Shown piece after piece: positions 29,512-39,180 of a stretch of DNA of 64,000 bases. Made by a program: the position numbers and the translations under genes. Each line of letters begins with the position of its first letter. The stretch's first letter is position 1. The notes under the pieces are model-generated. The model searched no databases, was not told where the DNA came from, and saw nothing but the letters and a program-made list of their open reading frames with translations. Source of the DNA: an uncultured virus (IMG/VR IMGVR_UViG_3300020171_000002) (lineage: Duplodnaviria; Heunggongvirae; Uroviricota; Caudoviricetes); the IMG/VR virus record IMGVR_UViG_3300020171_000002, one strand, 5' to 3'.

Positions 29512-30418
29512 ACTCCTCTAATGTGTATAGTGCTACTTCTTGATGACATCCGTTGCTTACAAATCCATTAAACCTCTCTGAATCAATTCTAAAGCCATTT
29601 TTATACATTGTAAGCATTGATTCTTGAGAAAACATATTCATATTATTAGATCTATTATTTAAAGCCACATTCTGTACTTTATTCATTGGAGCACAAAAAG
29701 CAACACTTTTATAATACGACAATAGTTTTGGCTTACTATAAAATTGCCACAGGTTAGCATATAGTTGTGACTCTAATTCATTAGGATTTTTATATATTGA
29801 ATTTTCTAGTAGATAACGAATATCTTTCAGTCGATAAATACTTGAACTAACCTCTAAGGGGTATTTGAAATCTAATTGTGATGTAATCCAATCAAAGGCA
29901 AGAACATAAAAATCAACTTCTGGAAGAAATCCTTTATTCATAATTTCAAATATAGAAGAAAAATTTATAACATAGTTATGTCCAACAGATTTTGGAATTT
30001 CCTGTTCTTTTTTTAATGGATAACAATTTTTTGTATTTTTCCCTAATCTTAAACTAAATCCAATTGCATCAATATTATATTCTAATAAACTCTTTATTTG
30101 TGATAAATCAAATGGTCTAGTAAATATATTATCATCCACAAGGAACATGATATACTCATAGTTTTTAATAAAGTTGACAAAAGACATTTTGAATGATGGA
30201 AATTTTTTTTCATAAATAAACTTAATATTATTTCTTCCTTTTTTCCCTTGCTCTTTTATGAGTTCATTATATGATTTTCCATATTCTTGATCATAATTAT
30301 ACACAACATAAATATCAGTAGTGTTTGGTTGCATACAATGTAGATAAAAACTATTTAATAGTAAGTCTAATTGTAATGGTCTGTTTTTTGAGAAGATTAG
30401 TGTTGTGATATTATTCAT
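29492..30418 (-). CDS. Putative GT-A glycosyltransferase
   Basis: IFSKNRPLQL, FLVDD, FSLRLG. Confidence 0.65.
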   Translation of the reverse strand: MNNITTLIFSKNRPLQLDLLLNSFYLHCMQPNTTDIYVVYNYDQEYGKSYNELIKEQGKKGRNNIKFIYEKKFPSFKMSFVNFIKNYEYIMFLVDDNIFTRPFDLSQIKSLLEYNIDAIGFSLRLGKNTKNCYPLKKEQEIPKSVGHNYVINFSSIFEIMNKGFLPEVDFYVLAFDWITSQLDFKYPLEVSSSIYRLKDIRYLLENSIYKNPNELESQLYANLWQFYSKPKLLSYYKSVAFCAPMNKVQNVALNNRSNNMNMFSQESMLTMYKNGFRIDSERFNGFVSNGCHQEVALYTLEEYEKYAL

Positions 30419-31109
30419 GTTTCCATCCTAATTTTTCTAATCTATTTTTTGTTGCAATAAATCTATTTTTATCATATTCTATTCCAACATAGTTTCTATT
30501 ATTTAAGAAACTCCATTCTGCAAGAACCCCTGTTCCCATAAAATTATCAACAATAAAATCTTCTTCATTCGAATAAGCATCCATTATTCTTTGCATAAGA
30601 GCTAAAGGTTTTTGCCACTTAAAAAGTTTTCCTGTTTCTGGATCTTTAATTCTTTCTTTACTGGTAGTTGTTAAACAAATATCTGACCAAAAAGCTGTAG
30701 ATGTTTTTGTTTGCCTTCCACTAGGATTTAATTTTTTATTCATAGTGGCTTTAGGAACTTGAATTTTGTCTGAATTAAAAACATTATGATTACCCTTTGA
30801 AAATACAACAATATCATCAAAACATTGATGCATTCTGTCCTTCGGGTGGTTTCCCCATTCGTTTTTCCAAACAATATGATTTACAAAATTTGCTCCAATA
30901 TTGTATTTCATAAAATATCCAAATTCAAAAAGCGAATGAAAATCTGTCATAGCAATAAAAAATCTGCCTGGTTTTACATATTCCCAATATTTTTCTACCC
31001 ATTGAAAGTTAGTATCTTCGTAAATATAGTCTGAAAAAATAATATCTACAGATTCTTTTTCTAGTTGAACATTCATATTGTCTTCGTTTATAATTTTAAC
31101 TTTGTGCAT
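30411..31109 (-). CDS. DNA methyltransferase, beta class, atypical motif IV
   Basis: QKP, DNFMGTG, GIEYD; SDYIY in place of DPPY. Confidence 0.75.
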   Translation of the reverse strand: MHKVKIINEDNMNVQLEKESVDIIFSDYIYEDTNFQWVEKYWEYVKPGRFFIAMTDFHSLFEFGYFMKYNIGANFVNHIVWKNEWGNHPKDRMHQCFDDIVVFSKGNHNVFNSDKIQVPKATMNKKLNPSGRQTKTSTAFWSDICLTTTSKERIKDPETGKLFKWQKPLALMQRIMDAYSNEEDFIVDNFMGTGVLAEWSFLNNRNYVGIEYDKNRFIATKNRLEKLGWKHE

Positions 31110-31165
31110 TCATTTCCTTTCCAATAAAACCAATAATTTATTTGTTTTTTATAAAAAACAATTTG

Positions 31166-32383
31166 TTAAATATTAATTCTAACTGGATGTAAACCGCATC
31201 CTCTATCCTGTTGCTCGAAAGCGTTCGGGAATACTTTTTTAATTATTTGATATGATCCATTTAGATCAGCGTTAATTTTAATTCCATCATTACTTATAAA
31301 TAAACCTCTTTTCTTTCTTCTAGCTCTATCATAGTTTTCTTTTATCGGTAATTCGTTGTCTAAGAAACTTGTTCCAGAAGTATAAGACTCTTCTGTTTCT
31401 ATAAAGTTTATTCCTTGGTTTTCACATTTGTATTTTAATTTTGATATAAATTTTTGATAAGGGATATATTCAAAATTTTGATTATTTTTCTTACCCATTT
31501 TAGAAAGTTGTTTCCATCCATCATTTTTACCAATAACTATTGTATCAATATCATTTTGTAAGCAATAGTCAATTATGTGTTTACTTGAGCAATGCATAAA
31601 ATAATCTATTTTTCTTTGATGTTTATCGGTTATGTTTTGTAATCTATTGCACCATTTTGATTCTATTTCTTTTTGAATTTTAGATTTTAATTTATTATAG
31701 TTTTGATTCATAGATTTAATTATTCTACCATTAATAATAATTGATTGTAAACCGATATTATTTGATATAGTTGCAAAATTATTAATTCCAAGATCAATAC
31801 CTATAATATTTTTATTTTCTAATGAATTTTTTATTCCTTCAGTTTCATATATGACTTCCATATAATAACATGCTCCAATAGGAATAAAACGAATTTGCAT
31901 TAATTTACCTTGAACTTTTGTTTTTATACCTCTAAATTTATTAAGTGGTTTCCAAGAAAAATATATTTCTCCATTTATTATTTTGCATTGAATATTTTTT
32001 ATCATTAATATAGATCGTCCATTTTTATTCTTATATTTTGGCAAAGAAGGTTTTCCTAAATATCCAAATGCTTTCTTTTTAGACCAATTTTTAATTCCTA
32101 TAAAAAAAGATTTCCAATTTTTATCCAAAAGAGTCAAAGTGTTTTGGCTTGCCTGAGAACCTAACTCATAATAAATCAAATTGTCTCTCATCATTCTATC
32201 TAATTCATAGTATCTTATCCATTTTCTATTGTTAATAAATTCCTGTCTGACAATATAATTTGCAGCATTATAAAGATTTTTTGCTTGAAAACAATAGTAA
32301 TCTATCGTTTTCCACATTGGGTTTGATTTTTTAATTAAATGTCTTTCAGATCTTAATATAATCAAATATATAACTCCTTTCAA
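31166..32383 (-). mobile_element. tnpB: TnpB (IS200/IS605, IS1341-type), no TnpA nearby
   Basis: KNLYN, GIDLGINN, EESYTS, INADLNG. Confidence 0.9.
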
Positions 32384-32397
32384 TAAAATAAAATATT

Positions 32398-33351
32398 TTA
32401 TTTAATATTTTCTTTCATCCAATCAACAACCCACATACAACCCTGAGATAAAGTAATTTCTGGTTGCCACCAGGTATATTTTCTAAATTTTTCAGCATCC
32501 AAAAACGTTCTATAAACCTCCCCTTTTCGTTCTGGTTTATTGATAGGGTTCTTTTTATATCCGGTAATAACTTTTAATGTTTCATAAACCAAATCAATTG
32601 TAGTTCCTTGTCCCCATCCTAAATTATAAATCCCTGAAGGTATATTATTACTCTCTAATGCCATTAAATTAGCTCTAGCAATATCTTTTACATAAACAAA
32701 ATCCCTACTTTGCAAACCATTCCCATAAATAATTACTTCTTTATTTTTTAACATTTGTTTTGCAAAAATAGATATTACACCTGCCTCAGTTGAAGGATCT
32801 TGTCTTTCTCCATAAATATTAGGATAGCGAAAAGAAATATAGTCCAATCCATATTGATCATGATAAAAACTTAAATAATGTTCTACGGTATGTTTTGAAA
32901 TACCATAAGGTGAAATTGGATTTACAGGATGGTTTTCATCACAGGGAACATAACATGGATTTCCATAAGCTGTTCCACCAGAACCAGCATAAATAAACTT
33001 TACAATCTTAAACTCTTTAGACAGTTCTAGTAAGTTTAAAGTTCCAACAACATTTACTAAAACATCTGAAACAGGATCACTCATAGATTTTATTACTGTG
33101 GCTTGTGCTGCATGATGAATCACATAATCAGGACGAGTTTCTTCAAATACATCTTGTAATATTGTTTTAGAAGAAATATCACAAAGATAAAAATCTGCTT
33201 TCTTGTTTATATTTTCTAATTTTCCTGAACTTAAATCATCTACTACAATTACATCATAATCGTTTTCAATTAGCATATCGACAATGTGTGATCCAATAAA
33301 TCCTGCTCCTCCTGTTACCAAAACTTTATTTAATCCTTTTTTTACTTCCAT
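32398..33351 (-). CDS. NAD-dependent epimerase/dehydratase (GalE-like)
   Basis: VTGGAGFIGSH, YGISK, RYPNIYG, RDFVYV. Confidence 0.9.
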   Translation of the reverse strand: MEVKKGLNKVLVTGGAGFIGSHIVDMLIENDYDVIVVDDLSSGKLENINKKADFYLCDISSKTILQDVFEETRPDYVIHHAAQATVIKSMSDPVSDVLVNVVGTLNLLELSKEFKIVKFIYAGSGGTAYGNPCYVPCDENHPVNPISPYGISKHTVEHYLSFYHDQYGLDYISFRYPNIYGERQDPSTEAGVISIFAKQMLKNKEVIIYGNGLQSRDFVYVKDIARANLMALESNNIPSGIYNLGWGQGTTIDLVYETLKVITGYKKNPINKPERKGEVYRTFLDAEKFRKYTWWQPEITLSQGCMWVVDWMKENIK

Positions 33352-33385
33352 ATACCTCCTAATAAAAACAAAATTCATTATTTAA

Positions 33386-33604
33386 TTATTTATATTCCAA
33401 ATTTTTTAATTGATTTTGTAATTTAATTAACTTTTTTTTAGTATCATCTACTTTATTTTTAAAATATATAATGGCATCTTTGGATTTTGTGCCACCCATA
33501 TTATCATAAAATCCAAGACAAATATTTAATGACAATTCAGCATCATATAGATTTTTTTCTTCTTTGGTAATTGATTCAATTAAAATGTCTTTAAGATTTG
33601 TCAT
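33386..33604 (-). CDS. Hypothetical protein
   Basis: ORF with AGGAG RBS. Confidence 0.55.
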   Translation of the reverse strand: MTNLKDILIESITKEEKNLYDAELSLNICLGFYDNMGGTKSKDAIIYFKNKVDDTKKKLIKLQNQLKNLEYK

Positions 33605-33646
33605 TGTTCTCCTTTTCTTATTATAAACAAAAATATGCGCTTAAAC

Positions 33647-33675
33647 ATTTTAACTTATTAATTGATAAATGTCAA
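33647..33675 (-). promoter_or_regulatory. Promoter TTGACA-N17-TAAAAT facing the glycan island
   Basis: Read from sequence. Confidence 0.65.
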
Positions 33676-34005
33676 TTATTTTTCCAATAATAATTTTTTT
33701 ACATAACCGGACAACTCATTGTTTACTTTAATAATAATATATGCTGGAGAATTTACTTTATCCTCATTATCATTATTAAATCCTGGTAAGATAATAATAT
33801 TTCTACTTTCTCCCATTGTTTCCATAATTTTCAAAAATGGATTCAATGCTTGAGGATATAGAACAAATCCTCCAAAATCTTCAATATTATATTTATAATC
33901 AATTCCTAGATTCATATAGAATCTAACGGCTTCTCCAACATTTGTTTTAAAATTATTCTTATAACACAAATCGTAATTAATTCTTATTTCCATTACCTTT
34001 ACCAT
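33676..34005 (-). CDS. Hypothetical protein inside the inverted repeat
   Basis: ORF with GAAAGG RBS. Confidence 0.55.
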   Translation of the reverse strand: MVKVMEIRINYDLCYKNNFKTNVGEAVRFYMNLGIDYKYNIEDFGGFVLYPQALNPFLKIMETMGESRNIIILPGFNNDNEDKVNSPAYIIIKVNNELSGYVKKLLLEK

Positions 34006-34086
34006 AACCTTTCTTATTTTTATTTTTTTTTATTGTTTAAGCGCATATATTTAATTTAAATAAAACTAAAATTTCATTTATTTTTA

Positions 34087-34359
34087 TTATAATTTTTTAT
34101 CCTTTCCATACATCATTATATGTTGTCTAGCTAGGGCAATCTCAAGCTGTTTTTTCCAAACTTCCCAATTAGTTTCTTTTCCCTTTCTCTCGGCAATCAT
34201 AAAAGCAGAACGTAGCAAATCGTTGCACTCTTTAATTTCATATATTAGGCGTTCGAGATCGTCCAATATTCCAAGTGCAATTTGACCAGATACGGTAGCT
34301 TTATCATTACCAATAACTTTCCTTGCTCCATCCATCCATTCTTTAGTAAAATCTTTCAT
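34087..34359 (-). CDS. Hypothetical protein
   Basis: ORF in operon. Confidence 0.55.
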   Translation of the reverse strand: MKDFTKEWMDGARKVIGNDKATVSGQIALGILDDLERLIYEIKECNDLLRSAFMIAERKGKETNWEVWKKQLEIALARQHIMMYGKDKKL

Positions 34360-34565
34360 AATATACCTTTCTTTTCTTTCATCATTCGATCATGCACAGC
34401 GCGCAGAGCATTTCCTATTTCTTCTGGACTTTTTTGTGGTTGATTTACATAAGTTAATTTTCCGCTACTTAATTTTAAATATCCTTCGTAACCCTCTGCT
34501 AATGCGCAAATATATTCCAGATCATCTTGCGATATATATCCATTTTTAGTTTCTTCCATTCTCAT
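34356..34565 (-). CDS. Hypothetical protein
   Basis: ORF in operon. Confidence 0.5.
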   Translation of the reverse strand: MRMEETKNGYISQDDLEYICALAEGYEGYLKLSSGKLTYVNQPQKSPEEIGNALRAVHDRMMKEKKGIL

Positions 34566-34567
34566 CC

Positions 34568-34792
34568 TTATAACTTAAACATTTTTCTTGCTTTTATATC
34601 AAAATTTGGATTATCACCCCGAATAGATAATTCTTCATAATATTTTTCTATTGCCCTATTACCATCTAATATCGCTTGCTCTTTTGATTTTACAAATTGT
34701 GTCATAACGTAGTGGGGGTGATGACTTATGCATCTCCATCCTCTTCTTGTGTGCTGGATTATATATTCTTTATTTTTAATTTCGTAATTCAT
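34568..34792 (-). CDS. Hypothetical protein
   Basis: ORF in operon. Confidence 0.5.
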   Translation of the reverse strand: MNYEIKNKEYIIQHTRRGWRCISHHPHYVMTQFVKSKEQAILDGNRAIEKYYEELSIRGDNPNFDIKARKMFKL

Positions 34793-34994
34793 TTTTGGTT
34801 AGTTCCTGCATTTGGTAAAGAAGAATTTTATCTAATTTCTTTTTTGATATATTGTCCTTATCCCTATATCTACATGATATTACAGGCGTAGTTTCTCCTA
34901 ATTTAAAAATATAATATCCGCACATATTAAATTTCTTTGAAAAAAATATTGTTGCCTCATATGGGTAAAACAATCTTGCATTTTTTAAATTCAT
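34776..34994 (-). CDS. Hypothetical protein
   Basis: ORF in operon. Confidence 0.5.
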   Translation of the reverse strand: MNLKNARLFYPYEATIFFSKKFNMCGYYIFKLGETTPVISCRYRDKDNISKKKLDKILLYQMQELTKNELRN

Positions 34995-35133
34995 TTTATT
35001 TACTCACAAAAAAATTATAGGAAAATTCTTTGTCCCAATCATCTGTAGGATTTGATTTTGATTCAAATCCAACAACTGTAACAATATGAAAAAAGTCAGT
35101 CATATTTTATTTTCTCCTAATAAAACCATCATT

Positions 35134-35823
35134 TTATTGTATATATTTAAAAAGTTTTTCAACTCTTGGAATTAAATTATTATTTTTATTTCTCATATCT
35201 GTTCTTGTTGGGATCTCTAACACACATTCAAAGTCATTAGGAGCAACATATTCTGAAATAAAAACAATATTGTTTTTCGACCATTTTCTCATTGTTTTCC
35301 AAAATAATTCATGATCGAATGATTCATTAGAATATTTAGTTGTTCCCACATATGGAGGATCACAATAAATAATATAATTTATAGGAGCAAAACACAAATA
35401 ATTTCCACAAAAAAATTCAACATTTTTAATTTTTGGAAGTTGATTGATCAAAGAATTAGAAGCAGTAAAAGCAAAATCTTCTTTTTTTCTTTTATCTCTT
35501 GCGTATCCTCCAAAAAACTTTCCTCCAAAAGAACATCCAAATCCGACAAATCCTGCAAGAGCTAAATCTTCTTCCTTATTGTTTTTAATATAATTATATT
35601 CTTCTTCAGAAACACTTTTAGGTGGAATCCATCCATTTTGTAAAGAATTATACATGGAGATTAAATATTTATTAATGTCTGAAGCAATTCTAGTATGTTT
35701 GCTCACTTTTTCCAAAACAGAACCTCCTCCCACAAATGGTTCATAATAATAATTTCCAGGAATGTCATTTATAACTTCTGCTATATATTTAGATATTTTT
35801 TGTTTACCGCCAAAATACTGCAA
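35134..35823 (-). CDS. D12-class (Dam-like) DNA adenine methyltransferase
   Basis: YFGGK, EPFVGGGS, YCDPPY, FISEY. Confidence 0.9.
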   Translation of the reverse strand: MQYFGGKQKISKYIAEVINDIPGNYYYEPFVGGGSVLEKVSKHTRIASDINKYLISMYNSLQNGWIPPKSVSEEEYNYIKNNKEEDLALAGFVGFGCSFGGKFFGGYARDKRKKEDFAFTASNSLINQLPKIKNVEFFCGNYLCFAPINYIIYCDPPYVGTTKYSNESFDHELFWKTMRKWSKNNIVFISEYVAPNDFECVLEIPTRTDMRNKNNNLIPRVEKLFKYIQ

Positions 35824-35859
35824 ACTAACCTCCTAATAAAATACAAAATTTATTGGTTT

Positions 35860-36099
35860 TCATAAATTTTTACGAATAATCCATTTATCAAAATTTTTCA
35901 TTTTTTGATATTGTACCATAAATTTTTCAAAACCTAATCCTAAAATTTTATTTGAGTTATATTTTGATTTTTTTATTTTTATAGAAGTCGAAATATAATC
36001 TAATAAATTTTCTAAAGGTTCATCCGTCCAGTTTTCTATCATTATTTTTTTTACATCAGAATCAGGAAATTTAAATATCATTTTCTTGTTCCTTTTCAA
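35860..36099 (-). CDS. Hypothetical protein
   Basis: ORF in operon. Confidence 0.45.
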   Translation of the reverse strand: MKRNKKMIFKFPDSDVKKIMIENWTDEPLENLLDYISTSIKIKKSKYNSNKILGLGFEKFMVQYQKMKNFDKWIIRKNL

Positions 36100-36988
36100 A
36101 TTCCATAATTACTTTTCCAATAAATTTTGCAACTGGAACAGCAACAGCATTTCCTATTTGTTTATATCTTGTAGTATTTGATTGTCCTGCCGTCCAATTA
36201 TCAGGAAACCCTAATGCTCTTTCACATTCCAAAGGAGTTAATTTTCTATAACTTTCTGGTCTTGGTCGTTTAAAACCATTGTCCGTTGTGAGTGATTGTC
36301 CACCCCTTTCCAATATGACGAATCCAGGGTCGTTGCGAAGGAAACAGTTCGCCAACCTTTTCCAGTCTGAAATACTGCTAAAACCTTGTTCGATTCTTCT
36401 AGCCATGATGATAACACGGGGGCGTCTGGCTGGTAAATTGAACGCTGCTGCGTCAATAACAAACCCGATCCCCACATAATTAAGTTCTGTGAATCCTTCC
36501 ACAATTGCCCTGAAATCATCTCCATTTCTTCCATTTCGCAATCTTCCTGTATTTTCGACAATTGCCCATTTGGGTTGTAACTCATCAATGATTCTTTTAT
36601 ATTCAAACCATAATCCTGATCTTTCACCATTTATTCCTTTCGCTCCCCATCTATCTCTTCCTGCGGATATATCTTGACATGGAAAACCGCCTACTAAAAT
36701 ATCAATTGGATATTCATCCAGCATTTCATCAGCACCGGAACATTCACAATCTCCAAATTCCATTTCACATCTAGGACATAAAAATTCATCTTCATCAATT
36801 TGTTCACAGTCATATAATCTTCGAGCCATTTTTGTTACATCTCTAAATTTTTTTATTTCGGGATAATGTTTATCGAGCACTGAAACAGCATTATCGTCAA
36901 TCTCGCATTGAAAAGAACATTCTAATCCAGCTTGTTCAAATCCTAAATCAAATCCACCAATACCAGAAAATAAACTACCAAAATTCAT
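36071..36988 (-). CDS. DNA cytosine-5 methyltransferase
   Basis: LFSGIGG, GGFPCQD, VEN, ECERALGFP, QIGNAV. Confidence 0.9.
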   Translation of the reverse strand: MNFGSLFSGIGGFDLGFEQAGLECSFQCEIDDNAVSVLDKHYPEIKKFRDVTKMARRLYDCEQIDEDEFLCPRCEMEFGDCECSGADEMLDEYPIDILVGGFPCQDISAGRDRWGAKGINGERSGLWFEYKRIIDELQPKWAIVENTGRLRNGRNGDDFRAIVEGFTELNYVGIGFVIDAAAFNLPARRPRVIIMARRIEQGFSSISDWKRLANCFLRNDPGFVILERGGQSLTTDNGFKRPRPESYRKLTPLECERALGFPDNWTAGQSNTTRYKQIGNAVAVPVAKFIGKVIMEFEKEQENDI

Positions 36989-37395
36989 TCATTCTCCTCA
37001 TTATTTATCTGATTATCATCTGTAAAAGTAGATTGTGTATCATCATTTTTATCTAAAGTTACAGTATCGGTTGAAGACCAAGTGCTTGTAATATTTGTAT
37101 TATTACAATACCAGCATTCAAAAACACTTGGAGAGAATATCCTATTACATTTAGGACAAACCCAACCTTGATTACCAGAAATAAATATGTTACTCAAATC
37201 TCTGTTTAAAGTATATTTATTTTCATTACAAGTACAGTAGGGTTCTAACCCTTTAGTAAATCCATTTGGTGGAACATCTCCAACATAAATATAGGGTTTT
37301 CCACATTTATTACAAAGACCATTATAAGACCATCCATCACTATCGGTTTTGTATAACATTCTTCCCTCCATAAATTTCTTTAAATAATTCATCAT
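36985..37395 (-). CDS. Zn-finger hypothetical protein
   Basis: CNKC, GWVCPKC..CWYC. Confidence 0.55.
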   Translation of the reverse strand: MMNYLKKFMEGRMLYKTDSDGWSYNGLCNKCGKPYIYVGDVPPNGFTKGLEPYCTCNENKYTLNRDLSNIFISGNQGWVCPKCNRIFSPSVFECWYCNNTNITSTWSSTDTVTLDKNDDTQSTFTDDNQINNEENE

Positions 37396-37639
37396 GTAAT
37401 TTATTTACTTCTCGAACATTTTCAATGTTGCCTTTTTCTAAAATTAGGTCATATAATTTTTTGCCTAACTCATAATATAACTTTACTTCTTTTAAATGGG
37501 TTTCTCCATACATGCAGTCTTTATTTTTTGAAACAGCTTTTCTTAAGCATAAAAACGGTGAACAGCAATCAGTTTCTCCACATGCTCCACAGGATACGCA
37601 ATAAGGATCATCTATATCAAGTTCTTCATCTTCGTTCAT
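37340..37639 (-). CDS. Cys-rich hypothetical protein
   Basis: YCVSCGACGETDCCSP; start moved to the ATG at 37639. Confidence 0.55.
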   Translation of the reverse strand: MNEDEELDIDDPYCVSCGACGETDCCSPFLCLRKAVSKNKDCMYGETHLKEVKLYYELGKKLYDLILEKGNIENVREVNKLHDELFKEIYGGKNVIQNR

Positions 37640-38084
37640 TCTTATGTCCCTTATCCCATCTTTCCCAACATACATGTTTATTAGAAAAATATTGACAACT
37701 TGAAAAAGCACCAGGAAAAAAACATTCATCCCAATTAGGTTTTTTGCTATAATTGGCAAATTGAAACCACCATGCAGGACAAGTGTATTCTCTCATTTCA
37801 GATCCAACAGGAAATTCTTGACCTTTACACCATTCAAGATAAGAAAGACCACCCATATCATAAACAGTTTTTCCTATCATAATTCCAGGATTAACTTCTA
37901 ACACCTTATTGACAGAAGAAATTTCTTTTCCCTGAAATTCTTCATATTCAACTTTTTTATGTCTTTTTCCTGTTCCTTTACATGCGTTACAAACAATTCC
38001 ATAATCACTGTTTCGCTCAAGGAATCCAACATAGACTCCAGTTCCCTTACATTCTTGACATTTTTCAACCCATTCAATTTTCAT
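37626..38084 (-). CDS. Protein with DnaJ-type CxxCxGxG zinc finger
   Basis: CQECKGTG, CNACKGTG. Confidence 0.6.
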   Translation of the reverse strand: MKIEWVEKCQECKGTGVYVGFLERNSDYGIVCNACKGTGKRHKKVEYEEFQGKEISSVNKVLEVNPGIMIGKTVYDMGGLSYLEWCKGQEFPVGSEMREYTCPAWWFQFANYSKKPNWDECFFPGAFSSCQYFSNKHVCWERWDKGHKNERR

Positions 38085-38095
38085 TTTGATTTCCT

Positions 38096-38503
38096 TTACT
38101 CTTTTATATAGGCATCAACAACCGTGCCAAAAGGTACAATAGCATCTTTTCTTAGCATATCAACCCAATAAGCATCACCTTCTACTATGATTGCTCCACC
38201 TCTATCTCGGCAAGTATATTCTCGTCCAAATATGACAATAGTAGTACCAAAGCTAAGCTCACTAGGGCAAGCAATAGTATTGTTTGAGTCGTAGTAATCT
38301 TGCCACCTTTCTCCATTAGCCATTTTTGAAACGCATTCACCATTGACAAATCTAGCACAATTAACTCCTCCCAAAGCAGGGTCATAATGACTTACTTTTA
38401 TTTTAATTGGTTTTAAATCATCGCTAATTTCAGGGACAGAGGGAGCTTCTGTAGGAGCAGTCCTAACTGAAACTATTCCATCCTCTGCCCTTATGGAAAA
38501 ACC
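38096..38503 (-). CDS. 3D-domain (cell-wall lytic/MltA-like) module, probably reached by -1 frameshift
   Basis: KVSHYDP..IACP..FGT..CRDRGGAI..VDML; frame open back to 38512 with no ATG/GTG/TTG start before the domain. Confidence 0.7.
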   Translation of the reverse strand, partial: GFSIRAEDGIVSVRTAPTEAPSVPEISDDLKPIKIKVSHYDPALGGVNCARFVNGECVSKMANGERWQDYYDSNNTIACPSELSFGTTIVIFGREYTCRDRGGAIIVEGDAYWVDMLRKDAIVPFGTVVDAYIKE

Positions 38504-38730
38504 GTTTGGCTTTTATTAAGAACAACATCAGCATTAATAACAAAATCTAATCTACCATCACCATCTACATCAATAAAGTGTTCCTGAAAGGTAGTAATAG
38601 TTAATAACGGTCTACCATCTTGAAAATGGTCTACTAACATCCACCCACCACCCACCATTGCTAGAAGCCATAGTGCAATGAGTCCAGCAATAATCGCCTT
38701 AGTTTTTTTATCTGATTCTTTTGTTGTCAT
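38491..38730 (-). CDS. Small membrane protein with DxDGDG Ca-binding-like motif
   Basis: Hydrophobic helix AIIAGLIALWLLAMVGGGWML; DVDGDGRLD; AGGAG RBS. Confidence 0.7.
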   Translation of the reverse strand: MTTKESDKKTKAIIAGLIALWLLAMVGGGWMLVDHFQDGRPLLTITTFQEHFIDVDGDGRLDFVINADVVLNKSQTVFP

Positions 38731-38780
38731 ATTTTCTCCTTTATAGTTTTTTATTTTTTTCCAATAAAAGCATGATTTTA

Positions 38781-39164
38781 TTACAGTTTTACGCCCTTTT
38801 TAGATAGGTTATCTAAACATTCAGCCAAATATGCCTCATCATGCTCAGAATACACCGGAAAACGCTTTAAATAGACCTGCAAAGAGGCTATGTCTTCTCC
38901 GTTATAACTATCATAACCCAAAGTTTTACCTCGATAATTATATTGTTTCCATTCTGGATCAACCTCATATCCTCTGTGTTCCATTTCTGCCATTACTCGC
39001 ATGTGATAAGCAACTAATTTTAAATATGGATTTGCAAATACATAATCAACGGTTAAATGTTTCTTTCCCCATCCATTTCCACGTAGGGCACAAACTTCTC
39101 TGTGAAGCCCTAGGATCTGTTGTCTTGGTAATTTTTCTAATAAACTTTCATGCCATAATCTCAT
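38781..39164 (-). CDS. Pyrimidine dimer DNA glycosylase-like (TIGR02328-type)
   Basis: MRLWH..LP.QQILG.HRE.CALRG.GWGKKH. Confidence 0.85.
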   Translation of the reverse strand: MRLWHESLLEKLPRQQILGLHREVCALRGNGWGKKHLTVDYVFANPYLKLVAYHMRVMAEMEHRGYEVDPEWKQYNYRGKTLGYDSYNGEDIASLQVYLKRFPVYSEHDEAYLAECLDNLSKKGVKL

Positions 39165-39180
39165 AATATTATCTCCTTTT

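Larger units (their letters stand above)
33633..34048. repeat. Perfect 15-bp inverted repeat (33633-33647 / 34034-34048)
   Basis: ATATGCGCTTAAACA ... TGTTTAAGCGCATAT. Confidence 0.85.

Noticed and set aside
21282..38385. Alternate-frame minus ORFs 21282-21527, 36238-36630 and 38185-38385
   Set aside because: Nested in better-supported frames; no independent evidence.
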